This document shows, piece by piece, positions 1 to 13,805 of a DNA stretch of 64,000 bases. Below the pieces are notes generated by a model. That model was not told the origin of the DNA. It did not search any database and saw only the letters and a list, made by a program, of their open reading frames with translations. Position 1 is the first letter of the stretch. Each line of letters starts with the position of its first letter. Made by a program: the position numbers and the translations under genes. Source of the stretch: Ginglymostoma cirratum (Eukaryota); contig JAHRHZ010000023.1 of NCBI GenBank assembly GCA_024137785.1, forward strand, positions 37,030,362 to 37,094,361, written 5' to 3'.

Positions 1-787
1 TGTGTTGTTACAGATGTATGCAGAAGTCTTCTTTCTGGCCTCATTGTGGACTTTCCATGTTTTTGAATTGCAGAGACAATGCCCATGTTGCTACTGGAAC
101 TTCCACCCCTATGGATGACTACATCACACTGACATATGTGAGTACCTGAACTTTCTTTACTCAAAGTCTTCCGATTAACTGTGCTTGTTCACTGGAGTCT
201 TTCTGCTGTGCTGTTTTCATTTCAAAGTCTTCCGAGGTTGTTTCCTGCCCTTTGGAATATTTATGCCATACTTCATGTGAATTCTGTTGCTAGCACGGTC
301 AGATGTTTCTCCTTAATACCTCGAGACGATGGCTGCCTGCACATAGACTCTTAGGGTTTGCAGGCTTTAATAGAATAAATCTGTTTTTGATCTCAAGCAT
401 CTGTAGTTCATCCTTTTCCTTATCCTAGTGTATAGCTCTCTCACTTTTTTCAGTACTGTCACACTGTTTATTTACATATATCCATTACAATTTACTGAAT
501 AATTTCTCTACTATAGAATCTGGGAGCTCCTTTCTCTTTACATCTTTTCATCTCTCTGCTCTGCTCTCAACTTGCTTGATGTCAGTGTAATATCATTAGT
601 TACACTATCATCTTTTGCATGTTACATTACACTAACTATCCTCCCAACTACCCTGTTCCCAAGTTTGCAGGGTATGGGGGCCTGGCTACCATTGAACCTG
701 CTGAGGATCTTAAGTTGCTAATTGATCAATTAAGGGGTAGTTCACCATTCCACATATTATATCTGAGGCAAGGAGGACACGCACTCT

Positions 788-1617
788 AGCCAGGAAATGT
801 GAGATAACAAGGTGTAGAGCTGGATGAACACAGCAGGCCAAACAGCATCAGAGGAGCAGGAAGGCTGATGTTTTGGGCCTAGACCCTTCTTCAGAAATGG
901 GGGAGGGAAAGGGGGTTCTGAACTAAATAGACAGAGGGGGGAGGCGAATGGAAGATAGATAAAGGAGCAGATAGGTGGAGAGGACACAGACAGGTCAAGG
1001 AGGCGGGGATTGAGCCAGTAAAGGTGAGTGTAGGTGGGGAGTTAGGATGGGGGTTGGTCAGTCAAGGGAAGATGGACAGGTCAAGGAGGCGGGGATGAGG
1101 GTGGTAGGTAGTGGGTGGGGGTGGGGCAGGTCAGTGAGGTGAGAGGAGCGGATAGGTGGGAAAAATAACGGACAGGTCAAGGAGGCAGGGATGAGCTGGG
1201 CTGGTATTGGGATGAGGTCAAAGGTGGGGAGATTTTGAAGCTTGTGAAATCCACATTGAGACCACTGGGCTGCAGGGTTCACAAGTGAAATATGAGGCGC
1301 TATTCCCGCAACCTTCGGGTGGCATTGTTGTGGCACTGGAGGAAGCCCAGGATGGACGTGACCCCACCCCCATCCCCTACCTACCAGCCTCATCCCCGCC
1401 TCCTTGACCTGTCCGTCTCTTCTCCACCTATCTGCTCCTTTATCCACCTTCCATTTGCCTCCCCCTCGCTGTTTATTTATTTCAGAATCCCCTTCCCCTC
1501 CCCCATTTCTGAAGAAGGGTCCAGACGCGAAATATCAGCTTTCCTGCTCCTCTGATGCTGCTTGGCCTACTGCGTTCATCCAGCTCTATACCTTGTTATC
1601 TCTTAAGCCAGGAAATG
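788..1617. mobile_element. Penelope-like element remnant (family A): inverted terminal arms, GIY-YIG endonuclease C-terminal remnant, 12-bp TSD
   Basis: Arms ~801-1010 and ~1392-1602 are reverse complements. AGCCAGGAAATG is duplicated at 788-799 and 1606-1617. The minus strand 1359-1231 reads TSILGFLQCHNNATRRLRE*RLIFHL*TLQPSGLNVDFTSFKI, matching the RExxLIxxLxTLxPxGLN end of Penelope endonucleases. Decayed hammerhead motifs at 867-894 (-) and 1509-1536 (+). Confidence 0.85.
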
Positions 1618-3359
1618 CAACAGTTTTAGTGGCATAGGCTGGTGCTGGACATGAGGAGGGGTTCTCCATTGTGGGACACTGGGCCCATCAGAACTGCTTC
1701 CTACACTAGGTCAGCCTCTGCTTGTTTGTGGGGTCTTTAAGGCTTCAAGTAATCCGGAGTAGATTAAGCTATCCATCTTTCTGGTATAACTAGAAGAGTC
1801 TTGTTGAGTAAACAATATGATTTTTATTGCATTACTGCAACTATTTACAGGTTACATGAATATGACCTCCAGTCACTGTAAAAAGCTACAGGTCTGTCCC
1901 CAATAAACTCCACCCTTACACTGATCAAGTGCTCATGAATCCACCAGTAGGGAATTCTCAATGCACTTGCTCAAATATTAACCATTTCAGACTCACACAC
2001 ACCACCCTCATTTACCCCTTCAGTCAGTTGAACCCATCCCTGAGACTCCTTGTTGGGGCCTACCAAACAGGCTCAGTGGGCTCCAGATTTATCTGTCAGT
2101 CCATGCTCCTCAGCTTGCTGGTTTGCCTGTAGACCCACTTCAATTGAATTATATCAATATACACCAATTCTTTATCTGTTAAACAATCTAGTAACATCTT
2201 TCTTGCATCTGTAGTAGTCAACCTCTGTCGCGACATATGTCAGTAAAATTCACCAATCTCATGAACTACTTTGCTGATCATAGCATATGTAAAGTTACAA
2301 GTTTCAAAATATTGGAGGCATAGGTTTGCTTGTGTAATTTGGTTTTTCAAAGAAAACAGAGCTAAGAGCTTTGAATTCTATCAGCAGCTTTTATGAGCAT
2401 GGAGACCAGTTTGGCTACAAAATCCCAATATCTTGGGGAGTTAAATTTGCTGCCCCCTATTAATTTGTAAATGACATATACATAGTGAATCTTTAATATG
2501 AAATATTGCAATTTCTTAAGTTTAGATTATTTTGTTGAACTTCAACATACAGTTGAATCCATTTGTATGAGTTTCCAATAAAAAGTGTTGCATACAAGTC
2601 AAAATATTGAACGATCCTTCTTAATGCTCACAGAGTTGAAATCAGGAAGTAAATTGAGTAATTAATGCAATTTAAAATTGTATGCAGGCAGCACATAATG
2701 GAAAGGGGAAGTAAGATGGGATTAAGATAAAGATAAAATAGACATGAAATGTGAAGAAAAGTACTTTAGCTTTTAGTTTTCAGTAAAACCTCCAAAGATG
2801 ATTAAAGTTTGAAGGAATTAAACTCCACAGAGCGGTTGTTTGACTGTAATCAAGACTACACCATTAAAATGAAAGCACTCTTGAATCAACCAGCCTTAAC
2901 GTAATGATATGTACTTTAATGTCAAATGTCTTGGTAAGTTACAAGTGTGAAGAGGATTCAGGGCAACTTGCACAGCAAATACCTGATTTCTGTGTTGCGT
3001 TGCACATATATGGAGACTCAAGGTTGCTTCAACAGCAAAATCAAAGCGCTAAATCTTTTTTTTTGGCTAAGTCCATGTTGGATCAAGTGTTTTGGAGGGT
3101 TTTCCACTGTGAGATCTGGTGGATTTTCTCACTATATCTTACCAAACTTGGTGCATTAATCACCTACCCACCCCTGTGGCCTACTTCTTATCAGGCCTCA
3201 TTGTACCATGCATTTCACAACAACTTGTCACTCAGCAGATATCTGCTGAGAAACCAGCACCCTTAGCAATCGTGCTATCTTTAAAAGCATGTAGTTCTCC
3301 TGGATGAGCACTGGGATTCTGGAGCTGCCGTGCTCAGTTGTCTTGAACATTCTGGACTA

Positions 3360-3910
3360 GGGGCAGATAGCATTGCGATTCTCCAGCAGGTACCTGGAGG
3401 TCCTCATGGGCAGACTGTTGCCACCACAGCTGGGCATACTGGACCATGGTCACTAGCCAGATCAGTGCTGCACCCATAGTCTGGAGGAATGGCCAGCAGT
3501 GCTTTAAAAGGTCAATGATCTTCTCTGCTGTACCAATATCTACTTTTCCAACTCACACTCACTCTATCTCTGCTACTGCACCCACCTCTGACCAAGGCTC
3601 ATGCTCTGCCACTCACACTATTGCCTTCAACATTTGCCCTCACTCACTCTCAGCACCACCCCGCACACCCCCACAACCTGTACTGCCTCCTCACAATCTC
3701 AAAAGACCTCCACACCTTTCCACTGCTTTCTCCCACCTGCACCAGTACTAATGGCTGTTCAACCCACTTTCATCTCACTCAGTTCCTCCTTTACTCTCAT
3801 TCCAGGAGGAGACAGCCCATTACAAGCCAGAGTCAGCCTATAAAGGTGTAACGATGCTGTATGTTAGGCCCTCGTCCCATACGAGGATAAAACAGGGATC
3901 ACTCCTGTGG
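3360..3910 (+). mobile_element. Harbinger-like DNA transposon Myb/SANT ORF remnant
   Basis: Degenerate translation ALRFSSRYLEVLM...QISAAPIVWRNGQQCFKR-NDLL (frameshifted), then a C/T-rich intron and acceptor ctctcattccag|GAGGAG at 3805. Homologous to 62530-63100. Confidence 0.6.
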
Positions 3911-4039
3911 GGATGCTACTTCATTCTGCTACTCTCACATTAACTCTGCTATCAGTGTCATCCATTGCACACCACATCCAACCTGTGATGCCTTCTGTCT
4001 CTTTCATCTTACAGGTACAGCCAGCGTATTTACCACCAT

Positions 4040-6400
4040 TGTGGTGAAACCCACACGCATTTGGCAAAATAAAGGACTGAAGCATGCTGTTCTTGCATGG
4101 ATATTTTCTTGGGAAATCCTCTGTGAAAGATGAAATATGTGCATTACAATTGTAGAGGTTGAATTATTAGATCTCAAACTTTCGTTGACAAATTACTGTT
4201 TATAGACAAGAGACAATCAATTACCATAAAATAATAGGGATCTTACATTAAATCCACCAAGACAGGGAAAACCTTTCAACACTGCAGTATAGTATGAGAG
4301 AATTGACATGACAGTCAAATGAAAATCTTTAAAGAAGAGGAAATATATAATCATATTTAGTAATCATGACATCAACAATAATATTACCAGGAAGATTTAA
4401 TTTCAGTGATGGGTCAAATAGAACCCAAAATTGGACATCCCAGAGAAAATAATTCTTGAGGTATAGAACAGATTTTCAAATGGATACTGTGTACAATTGA
4501 CAGAATAGTAATTGTTATTGGTCATCAAAGTGTTAAAAAAGAAACAAATGCATTTGAAGGGGCACCGAAAATCTTTAAAATTTATTTCAGCTTCAGAGCT
4601 AATATAATGCTTGAAAAAGCAAGATCCAACAGAAGAATACATATCCAGGGGAATTCATAGATTATTTCATTAATGATATCTACTGTCACGGGGAGAGATG
4701 TGACTATGATGATTTAAAATCAGAATCAAATGAAAGCAAATTGTTGTAAATATTACTGACAAGTCTTTGTCAGATTTATTATAGTTCAATGAATGGCTCT
4801 TGAGGAAGCCATTCAGATGGGGAATGAAGCAGGGTCAGAAGCAACGCCCTCAGTCCTAAGGGGTGAAGATCAAACTTAGCACAAAAGATCATGAGAATAC
4901 CTTCAATTCTAGAATGGATAAAAAGTATTTAATCACAAAAGACACATGTAATGAAACAATGCAATGGTTAGGACACACACTACAAGTCCTTGCCAGTAAT
5001 GTGGACCAAAAAAATTCATAGGCACAAGCAATGCTCAGCTGCTGAAACTGAATGCTTTTATTGTGTAACATTCAATCACTTGTAAAAAATGTGCTGAAGC
5101 AGGACACAGCTACAGAAAAGCAAAAGATCAAAGAACTATCTACTTGATCAAGTAAATGATCTAGAACAGTCTCCAGTAGAAGACAAATGCAAAAGTTGGT
5201 AAGAGACATCAGCGACCCAGACAAAGCATTTTGGCAAGCTTGGGCATCTCATGAATTTCAATTAATAAGGGAGCAAGCATTACAGTTTTATCAGTTCTCA
5301 AGCTTTGGTCGACAAATTACTGTTTATAGACAAGAGGTGATCAATTACATGGCTCGCGGGGCATTGCATATAGTGTTAAAAGTAAATCACAAGCAACTCT
5401 CCTACATAGGGTACATCAAATATTAGGATAGCTACATGTACTTCATAACCAGTAATCTACAATTGAAACTTATGTACTGATCTTAATCAGATTCAAACCC
5501 TGGAAAGGGTTTAACGACAAAAGTTTCAAGGTACAATTGACAGATAATTTTATAGAGTGCCATAAGGTTGTGGCGGAACCTAAGGAAAAAGCAAAATCCC
5601 CTGAGGTTAATTACATTGAAATAGGAAATTTGTTGAATACTATCAATGAGTTGGAAAACTGTAACTATACTCATTTCGCAGAATTATTTTCCACAGCTGT
5701 AAAAACTGAAGAGACTTCTGATTCTAAGTGCCAAGCAACTCCAAAAAGAAAAGCAAGCAGACAGGCAACAACAGAACAGCATGTCCCACTCAAATCCCAC
5801 TGAAACATCTACAACGTAATTGAGTCAGATTATAGCACAACACAGTGAATGACTAATTGTGATAAATCTGAGTTACGCATTATGATTCCGTGTTGACTAG
5901 AAAGGGAGAACTTCAGGTAGAATATCTGACCTCCTTTCTTTCCGAAGAAGAATCCTTACTGTAATAGATTTTACATTAAGCAAGATGGAATCTTCAGGTA
6001 ACACAATTTAAGAACTAAACAAATTGGTTTCACGAATAGTTCAAACACTGCGGGTGAACAAGAAAGTCCAAACTAATCAAACTGCACAAATCAATTGGCA
6101 GGTTGACAGCAAAAATCCACTGGTATAAATTGGAGACATGTGGAACTCATGTTATGGAAGACACCACTAAGATGAGATGAACAATGTCTAAAGATTCAAG
6201 ATACTGTAAAGAGACAAGCCTGCTCTAGCAGCCCTGGCATCCTCCATGATAGAAATATGAGAGATTAAAGGTTCACCAGTTCAGAAGCGGGCATCAGGTC
6301 TGAGTCCACCATGAAGACAATCCCAAAAAATTAACAATTTTCCAAGTCTAAAGAGAAGTAGTTCAGGGGGAATAGCAAAATTTCTGGTTCAACTGTATTT
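4040..6400 (+). mobile_element. Highly degenerate Gypsy-like LTR retrotransposon internal region
   Basis: A-rich coding-like strand with pol-like remnants in plausible order: KAR (~4617), RMDKKYLITKDTCNETMQWLGHTL (~4911-4982, resembling RT RL..GL...KC....YLGH.I), and a stretch resembling an integrase C-terminus near 6100-6180. Many stops; no LTR pair identified. Confidence 0.45.
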
Positions 6401-6490
6401 ACAAAGTCAGAGACTTGGAAGGATGTGGAGTAGTGGTAAATGTAATTATACTTAAAAAGGAATAACAATCATAGTTAACTGAAAAGGCTT

Positions 6491-6598
6491 GATGTGGAGG
6501 TGCCAGTGTTGGACTGAGGTGGACAAAGTTCAGAAATCACACAACACTAGATTATAGTCCAACAGGTTTATTTGAAAACACAAGCTTTCGGAGCCTCA
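6491..6598 (-). mobile_element. Short Penelope-associated repeat (family C) with truncated hammerhead motif
   Basis: Minus strand reads ...GCTCC-GAAA-GCTTGTG followed by a recognisable shark repeat tail (aataaacctgttggactataa...gtgttgtgtgattt). The 5' half of the ribozyme core is missing. Confidence 0.5.
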
Positions 6599-7244
6599 GT
6601 AAAAGAAGTTGTATATGGGTCTGAAAGTGTTAACATATGATTAAGTGTATTAATTACCATCCTCTGTGATGATGTCATGGGGACTTGGAGAAAGAGTAGT
6701 CTTATGAGAAAGAAATTTAACCTAATGTTCTCTCACCAGTTTTTGTAGTAATATAGGTCCTATTCTTACAACATGCCAATAGTTCCAGAAATGTAATTTC
6801 CTACATCTTGCTCAATCTACAAGATCATTACTGTTAGACAAGAAAGTGTTAATTTTTGGACCACCTTGTTCACTCTAGACCACGTAAGCACTGAACACAT
6901 ACTTAGAAGATATGGATAGCTGCACACAACAAATAGAGTCATCTTTCTCTTTGCCTTTTGTCCTGAAAGCCTGTTCTATGATGCTGCAGCTACGTTCTTC
7001 ACCAAGAAGAGTTCCCCACTTGGTATCCATCCCAATCATTGTGCACACTGGCATGATCCCAGCTGATGTTATTACCAGACAAGTCAGATCCTAGACTGAA
7101 ACCAGGCTTAATAGATTGTGTTTTGATTTACTTTGGTTTTAACCTAGTGGTCTCTCACTGAAACATTAGCACACAATGCAGACCAAGCAATATTTCCTCC
7201 AATATATGGGTGTGGTGTATATCAAAACTGCTGAATTCTTGCAA

Positions 7245-7410
7245 TAAATAAAGAACTGTGGATGCTGAAAATCAGAAATAAAAACAGAAATAGCTGGAGA
7301 AACTCAGCAGGTCAGAACTGAAGAACGGTCACTGTACTTGAAACGTTGGCTCTGCTTTCTCTCCACAGATGCTGCCAGACTGGCTACATTTCTCCATCTA
7401 TTTCCAAATT
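7245..7410. mobile_element. Penelope-associated hairpin repeat (family B) with decayed hammerhead
   Basis: Left arm (gaaatagctggagaaactcagcaggtc) is an imperfect inverse of the right arm (gactggctacatttctccatctatttc). Centre CTGAAGA-ACGGTCACTGTACTT-GAAACGTT at ~7318-7348. Confidence 0.65.
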
Positions 7411-10137
7411 GTTACAATGCTGCTTTTAAAGATTGCCCAAGCACTGTACAAAATGATTAAAAATGAGCACATATTCAAATGCAGAATTCAAATATGTTAT
7501 AATATTTATTGCATTAAAGTTTAATGACAACAGCATGACTGTTTGAACAAACTGGAGTTTAGATACAATAAAATTAGCTCTTTTAGAAGTATACTGACTC
7601 CTTTATACCAAAAAGTGTTCCTAATGCTCAGAGTCTGATTTTGATGGTAAAATGCATGGATAGGTTTCCTATCGCAGAATGGTTTAGCTTTTAAAATATT
7701 TATTCAAGGAACCAAAAAATGTTTACACATTGAGTGTTCATTTTTAGCAATCCATTTGTTGATGTGTCTTGTTCTAGGTTTATACTCTTTGAGTCTTTCA
7801 GAATGTTGTCAGTTAGTCTCCTGGAGGATGTGTCACGCTTTAGTTGCATAATGGTCTTGTGAGCTGGGAATCAGGTTGCATTCATACCCACCAAAACCAT
7901 CTTCCATTGACACAAAACGGTTATGCAAATGCAGTATTTGTGACACAATGTTGAATTATTTATCCACTTATTTTAAAACATTTTTCTTTTCAGATTCCTT
8001 TGCATTGTATAGATGACTACCTCCCATGAGCCTGCCAATTCCAATATAGAACTGTTTACTGCAAATTGTAAAGTTGCTTTGCATTCTTTTCTCTTTGTTA
8101 TGTGAGAAAGTTACTGGCTTTTGCTCACTTCCACTCTTGATAGTGTGGTGAATGTCAACAACCTGGCAACTGGGGGTGTAGTTGGAAGTTTGCTGGTGGT
8201 GGGGGTGGTGGGAGGAGGTTGGTTGTGGGTGCACAGAGCCATTTTGTAATGAAGCATGCTGATACAGTAACTCGATGGCCCACAGGCAATTGGCTACAAT
8301 TTATACAAATAACTTTATCTTAAAAGAGTTTATATCTTTGGAAGATTTTGTTCTGTCTCACAATATTGAGTGTTATTTTGAAAAATAAACCAAAACAAAC
8401 TTTGAAAAATCAAAGTAGTAGCCATTAAATGCGTTTCATAAAATGGGGAAAGTGCTTGTCCAGTGATGGTTAAAGAGTCTCCAGTTTGGAGGCAGGGCAA
8501 AAGTGACAGACAAAATCAGTGCCAGGATTGGTTGTAATGAAGGAAGAAGCTTGCTGACCTGGCCATAGTTGCTAACATAAGACTCCTAACTCCTTATTCT
8601 GTTACTCTGCTGGGTCCTGCCACCTATAGCCCCAGTGCTTGCAAAATATGCCTTTCCACTTTGCCTTCACTCTCCTTCAGTACTGTAACATGTTTCACTC
8701 CACCTCCTTTTATTGGTCCTGCCACATTCTGTACTTGTTACCATCTTCATGATTACTGTATTTACTTTATCACACCTCTCCCACATCTCTACCCTGACAT
8801 GCAAATCCTCAAAACATTAAAGCAATCCTTGTTTACTTGTAGGAGTAGATACTGGAAGGTACAGAATACAAGGGAGTAGAAGCAGACACATGAAAACAGA
8901 CAACATACTTCCATGTCCTTTCCCAAGTAGAGCAAGAGACACTAGGCTTTGCAAATGAGGGTCAGATCAGGCCTGTGACAGCTGGCAAAGTTGAATGACA
9001 ATTCCTGCTGTCTTTCTGCGTTCCTTCCCTTTTCCTTTGTTCTCAGTGCAGTCTTACCCTGACGTGAAAATGTTTCGCCCGTCCTGCACTGTTACTGGGT
9101 CAAAATTCTGGAAACCCCTTTCCAAAGGGTCTGATCCCTAGTCAAGATAAATTGCAGCAGTTTGAGAAAGCAACTCAACATTATCTTCTCAAGGGCAGTT
9201 AAGAACGTGATGTCGGTAATGCTCGCAAGTCATGAAAGAAGTGAAAAAGGAGGAGATTTGAGTGCATTTATGTGTGAGAATGTGAGAATCTTGAAGAGAG
9301 GAATTGATTTTGATTCACTTGAAAGGGGAAGGATGATACAAGTGAATCTCTGCTCGATGATTTTTCTGACTTGCATCTAGTGGGTTTGCTGTCACCCTGA
9401 TCTGCCTGTTTTTCTACACCAGGTATATGTCTTAGAACTGATCACTTTCCAGGGCATAGGCTGATCAAACGACCTTGAATGGATCTTATTCAAAGACACG
9501 TCCAGACAGTAAAGATGCTTAAGTCACCTCTACAAACCAAGAGCCTCTGTTCTGGGATTAAGGACTATATCGTCACCCTAATTGTTTACAAACCTGATGC
9601 AGACTCCAGATGATCCTGCAACAAGGAACACAGCCATTATGAAGGAAATACGTCTCACATAGTAAACCTACACAGACTCAACAACAAATTCCAGTTCCTG
9701 AATATGCACATTGTGTGGGGCTCCCTTTCTTAACCCTTTCTCGCAGCATCTACACGTCTATTCCTTTCTGGTGCTGCTGTGGTTTATTTTATATCCCCAG
9801 TAGCAGATCCAGCAATACACTCTTGGTAAAAAAGATCCTGAAGATTCATAGATACTTTGAGAAGTTTTAATACACAAAACAACCCAAAAAGACTCTTGGG
9901 CCTACTAGCCATATCTGACTAGAAACTGGACATTAATGTTGATTCTATAGCTTGCTCCTGACTATTTCTGCTTCATTTGATGGGTGGGCTTTAGAATTAG
10001 AAAACTTGACACCTATATGAAGCCAAATGCTGAAAGGTTTGATATCTGTTTTGCACTGATAAATGGTTTGCAACAAGATTAAATTTCACCCAATTAACTT
10101 TGAGGTTTTATTACCATACTGTTTTTATATAAGCCAA

Positions 10138-10240
10138 GGGGAGGCAATGACCTAGTGGCATTATTGCTGGACTGTTAATCTAGAGATCTGGATAACATTC
10201 CAGGGACCTGGGTTCAAATCCCAACATGGCACATTGGGGA
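10138..10240 (+). mobile_element. tRNA-derived SINE, 5' head fragment
   Basis: Homologous to 63297-63400, with Pol III B-box-like GGTTCAAATCC. Confidence 0.7.
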
Positions 10241-13200
10241 TATATTTAATATATATGTTCCAATAGCCACAGCTGCCAAATTCATTAATTCACCATCAAT
10301 AAAGCATCTGCATTCCTTCAGAAAATACAGTGTGATGAACCTTTCTGCTAACATCGGACTCAATAATTGTGAATGTTTTTGTGCTAACATTATAATGAAC
10401 TTGATATAAAATGATGTGACCATTTACAATATTGATTACAGTTTGTAGTGTGATTCGAATATGAGTATTTATATAGCTGTTAACAAGTAGACCCGTTTTA
10501 AGATCAAGCATGCCACATATCATGGTGAAATACTGGGCAGAAAATAAGTATTAGCTGGCATGGTAAATATTATTAACATGGTAATCGGGAAGGGAAGTTG
10601 TATGAACCAGAGTTGAATAAGGAGGAAATCCCGGAAGGGAGCAGGAGACAAATCTTATTGATGACTGGAGCTTGAAGTGGGCTGGGAGGGGAAGATGGTT
10701 GAGAAATTTCAGAGGAAGGGTCTATGCTTGAATTGTTCGGAGATTCATTGTTGGTTGAAGAGGAGACTGGAAGTTGGGGATTGGGGTAAGAGGAAAGAGA
10801 GGGAGCAATGCAATACGTGGGGGATCTGACATTTACAGGATGCAGGAAAGGTATGGACAAAGCCAGAAATGCTGAAGAAACTCCCAAGGCTGAGAATGCA
10901 GATTTCCAATTAAACTTAATGCTGTGGCCTCACTATATTTTTGTCCCATTTCTCGCTGATCAGTCATCCAAATTGATAGCTTGTCAGATATAAGGAATGG
11001 AAAATTAATGGCAAGAGGCCATAGCTCGGAGACCTGAGGATGATCCCCAGAAAAGACAATTTATGTATTTGGGAGCAGTTGGCAAATGGTGTTTGTGAGG
11101 GAGGAGGCTGCAAAGAAGAAGGAGGAGGGAGGCCATGATATAGAGGAGGAGACAAGAGAAGCTGGCCGTCAGAAGTGGGGAATTTGAGGTTTTTGTCAAG
11201 GCCATTCTTGATTCACAGAACTACAGCTAAAAACCTGAGAGTTTTATGGTGCATTTCTTTCAAGATCAGGCCTGCCCTGTGGAACTGCTGCTCCTCAATC
11301 CCTTTCACTGCTGAGATTCCTAACCCCTGCAAGAAGCCTTTGTAAGAGCAGTGATTTTTAAGTCAGCCTCCTGATCGCAGTACGCCAGTACAAATTAAAT
11401 ATGTTAATGAAGTGACTTGCCCCATTTCAAGAGAGTAATAGTTGTTTGGGGTCTTAGCCAAGCATATATAATGAGGCTTTGGTGAGAGATCAGACATCAC
11501 TATTCTCTTGAAAAACCTGAGTCCCTGGTTGATAGATAACTCTGACTGATCTTCGTTAATAATTTTACAACATTTGTTTTTAAAAGCTTTAGTGGTTTCA
11601 AGTGCTGTGCCATTTCGGCTGTTGAAACTTCAAAGGATTTGGATGATCAACACTTTTATTGTCCCGTATTAAGAAGGAATTGCTTTTAACACATAATAGA
11701 AAGTTATCAATGGTTTATTAAAAATTTTTTTATGGATTTAACTGTCAATATAGGGTTGTTTCATTCTATAAAGTGCATAATGGCTGAATAGACATGTAAC
11801 TGTCATAGCCTGGCATAGGAGGCTTAAGGGTTATGTGAAATGAGTGGAAGAGCAAAGCTGAGTATTTGGGGTCATGAGGCACCATAGGTAGGGTGAGTGA
11901 AGGGGCATAGCCTGATGTGGGAGTATAAAGGATCATGGGTGTTGTTTGAATGACATAAATTTTACATGGGAGCCGTGACGGACTGTATAGGTTGTGAGGA
12001 GAGCATGCTGTGGGATGGATGGGTTTTGGGGAGAGTGTGGGCGCTAAGGGCTATGGGATGAGGGCTGAAAGGCTTTTCTGTTTTTATTGCTACTGTGATG
12101 AAGTCCGCGTACTTTATCCTATTAAAGATCTCGCTTTGATTGCATCGGCACATTCTCCAACATCGACCGGCCTGACTGCAGCCAGCAGCTACTCCCTGAC
12201 GATGAAAATCCCATCTTGCCTGAAGTGGGGCACGCTGACCCAGGGAATAACCAACTCCCACTACTTGCCTCAAGAGTGAGAATTCAGTCCCTAAATCTTT
12301 AGTCCTACTCACTGACACTTTCCCACCCAGGGATGTTAGCATGTGAAGGTAATATCAAGGCCTGAGAGGGAACCGTTTTATAGCTGGATGAAAGGGGACA
12401 TCTACGAGTCTGGTTGATTCTGAGAAATGAAATGCATGTACCTCACAATAAAACATGTGAATCCTTCATTTTCACAGATCCTTTTCAGTTGGGAGGGCCA
12501 ACTGCTTAGAAACTGCTCCAAAACTGCCAGTAGTCTGCCTCCGATTAGCAAGAAGAAATACACTAGGAGCAGGATGATGTCACTTTTTCCATCCTGTGAG
12601 ATGGAAATCCCAGCCCTCACATCCTACTTCATCAAGTGGCTTGAAAGAGCTCTGATTAGAAACCAAACCAAAGCAAGTGAGCTTGAATGATTGATGTCTA
12701 TAATCATGCAATTTTCAACCTTGTTGAGCCCAGTCTAGTGTGTAACTGCTTAAGTCATGTTGCTGAAGTAGTCCACAAAAAAGCTGCTGGTGCTGTAATT
12801 GTAATGTAAAGAAATTATCATTGACATGCACATAATGCGATGTCCGCTAGCTGGGAGAAGCTAATTTAAAATGTTCTGCATTCTTGTTTATGGTTGGGCC
12901 TATAAATTATGCAGAATATACTTTGAAATATCATTTCACTTGTAGCAGATTTGTCATGTTTAGAGGGCCTTTAATATGTCTGGCAGCAAAATGCTTACAA
13001 TAGTATTTTGGTGTATGAAAATTTAATGTGGTTTTAAAAAGTATATGTATTACTATTTTTAATCATATGCAGTTGTGACCAGGTGATGCATTGTAATGGG
13101 GGAGGGGAGGTAATGAGAAAATGAAAACAATGGTCTCAGTATATTTGTAAGGGTTGTCTTTGGCATTAACAAGAGCAAGTTATTCTTAGTTTCATTAAAT

Positions 13201-13805
13201 CGACCTAATCACAATTTTACACTTGCTTTTTGTGTGAAAGATTAAAATATGAGGCAGAGTTCAGGAAATGGGGGAATATAGACTAAACACATGAGATTTC
13301 TTAATTTTTCTGTGGGGAGAGGACTATTGCATTGCTCCTTTAACACTGCTGGAGAGATATATTATTGTTTTCTCCCAGGTAGCGTAGCGGGGCTGTACAA
13401 ACCTCAGGATTACAAACACCAGTCAGTGAATTAGGAGCATTACATATTCTCTCTACATGGGGAAGCATTGTGTTTGTATTCAAGTGTGTGCTGCATGTGG
13501 TGGGAGGGAGATGAGATCATAGACATCTGCGAGATAATGACTGATGGGAGTTGAGAGCAGCATAGCATTAGGGCAGCTAGCAAATCAATAGCGTCTGCAG
13601 ACGAATAGAATTTTTACATTACAGTTCCATTGCAGTCAATGTATAGCATGTGAAATTTCTCATATCCAGGATTACTTTTCTTTTAAAATATTTTTCTCTT
13701 CATATACTTTATGGGTGCAGTGTAAAAAAATTATTTTGCTTTGATTGTTTTTTTAATCGTGCCTGTTTTTGAGTGAGCATCCACGCTGCTTGCAGACAGA
13801 TTACC

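Noticed and set aside
985-1200. Three spaced copies of gacaggtcaaggaggc-gggat resembling a repeat-spacer array
   Set aside because: Eukaryotic context and related spacers; these are internal subrepeats of the Penelope terminal region, not CRISPR.
757-1637. Four overlapping ORFs of 76-129 aa
   Set aside because: Chance frames across the Penelope inverted arms; the real endonuclease frame is a different, stop-interrupted one.
10530-12290. Possible TIR-bounded DNA transposon with purine-rich tracts
   Set aside because: Candidate termini match too poorly and no reliable protein motif was found.
1-13700. Exons of syntenic neighbours such as RGS11 upstream (or PDIA2 downstream)
   Set aside because: No recognisable coding exon found by eye; small exons could have been missed.
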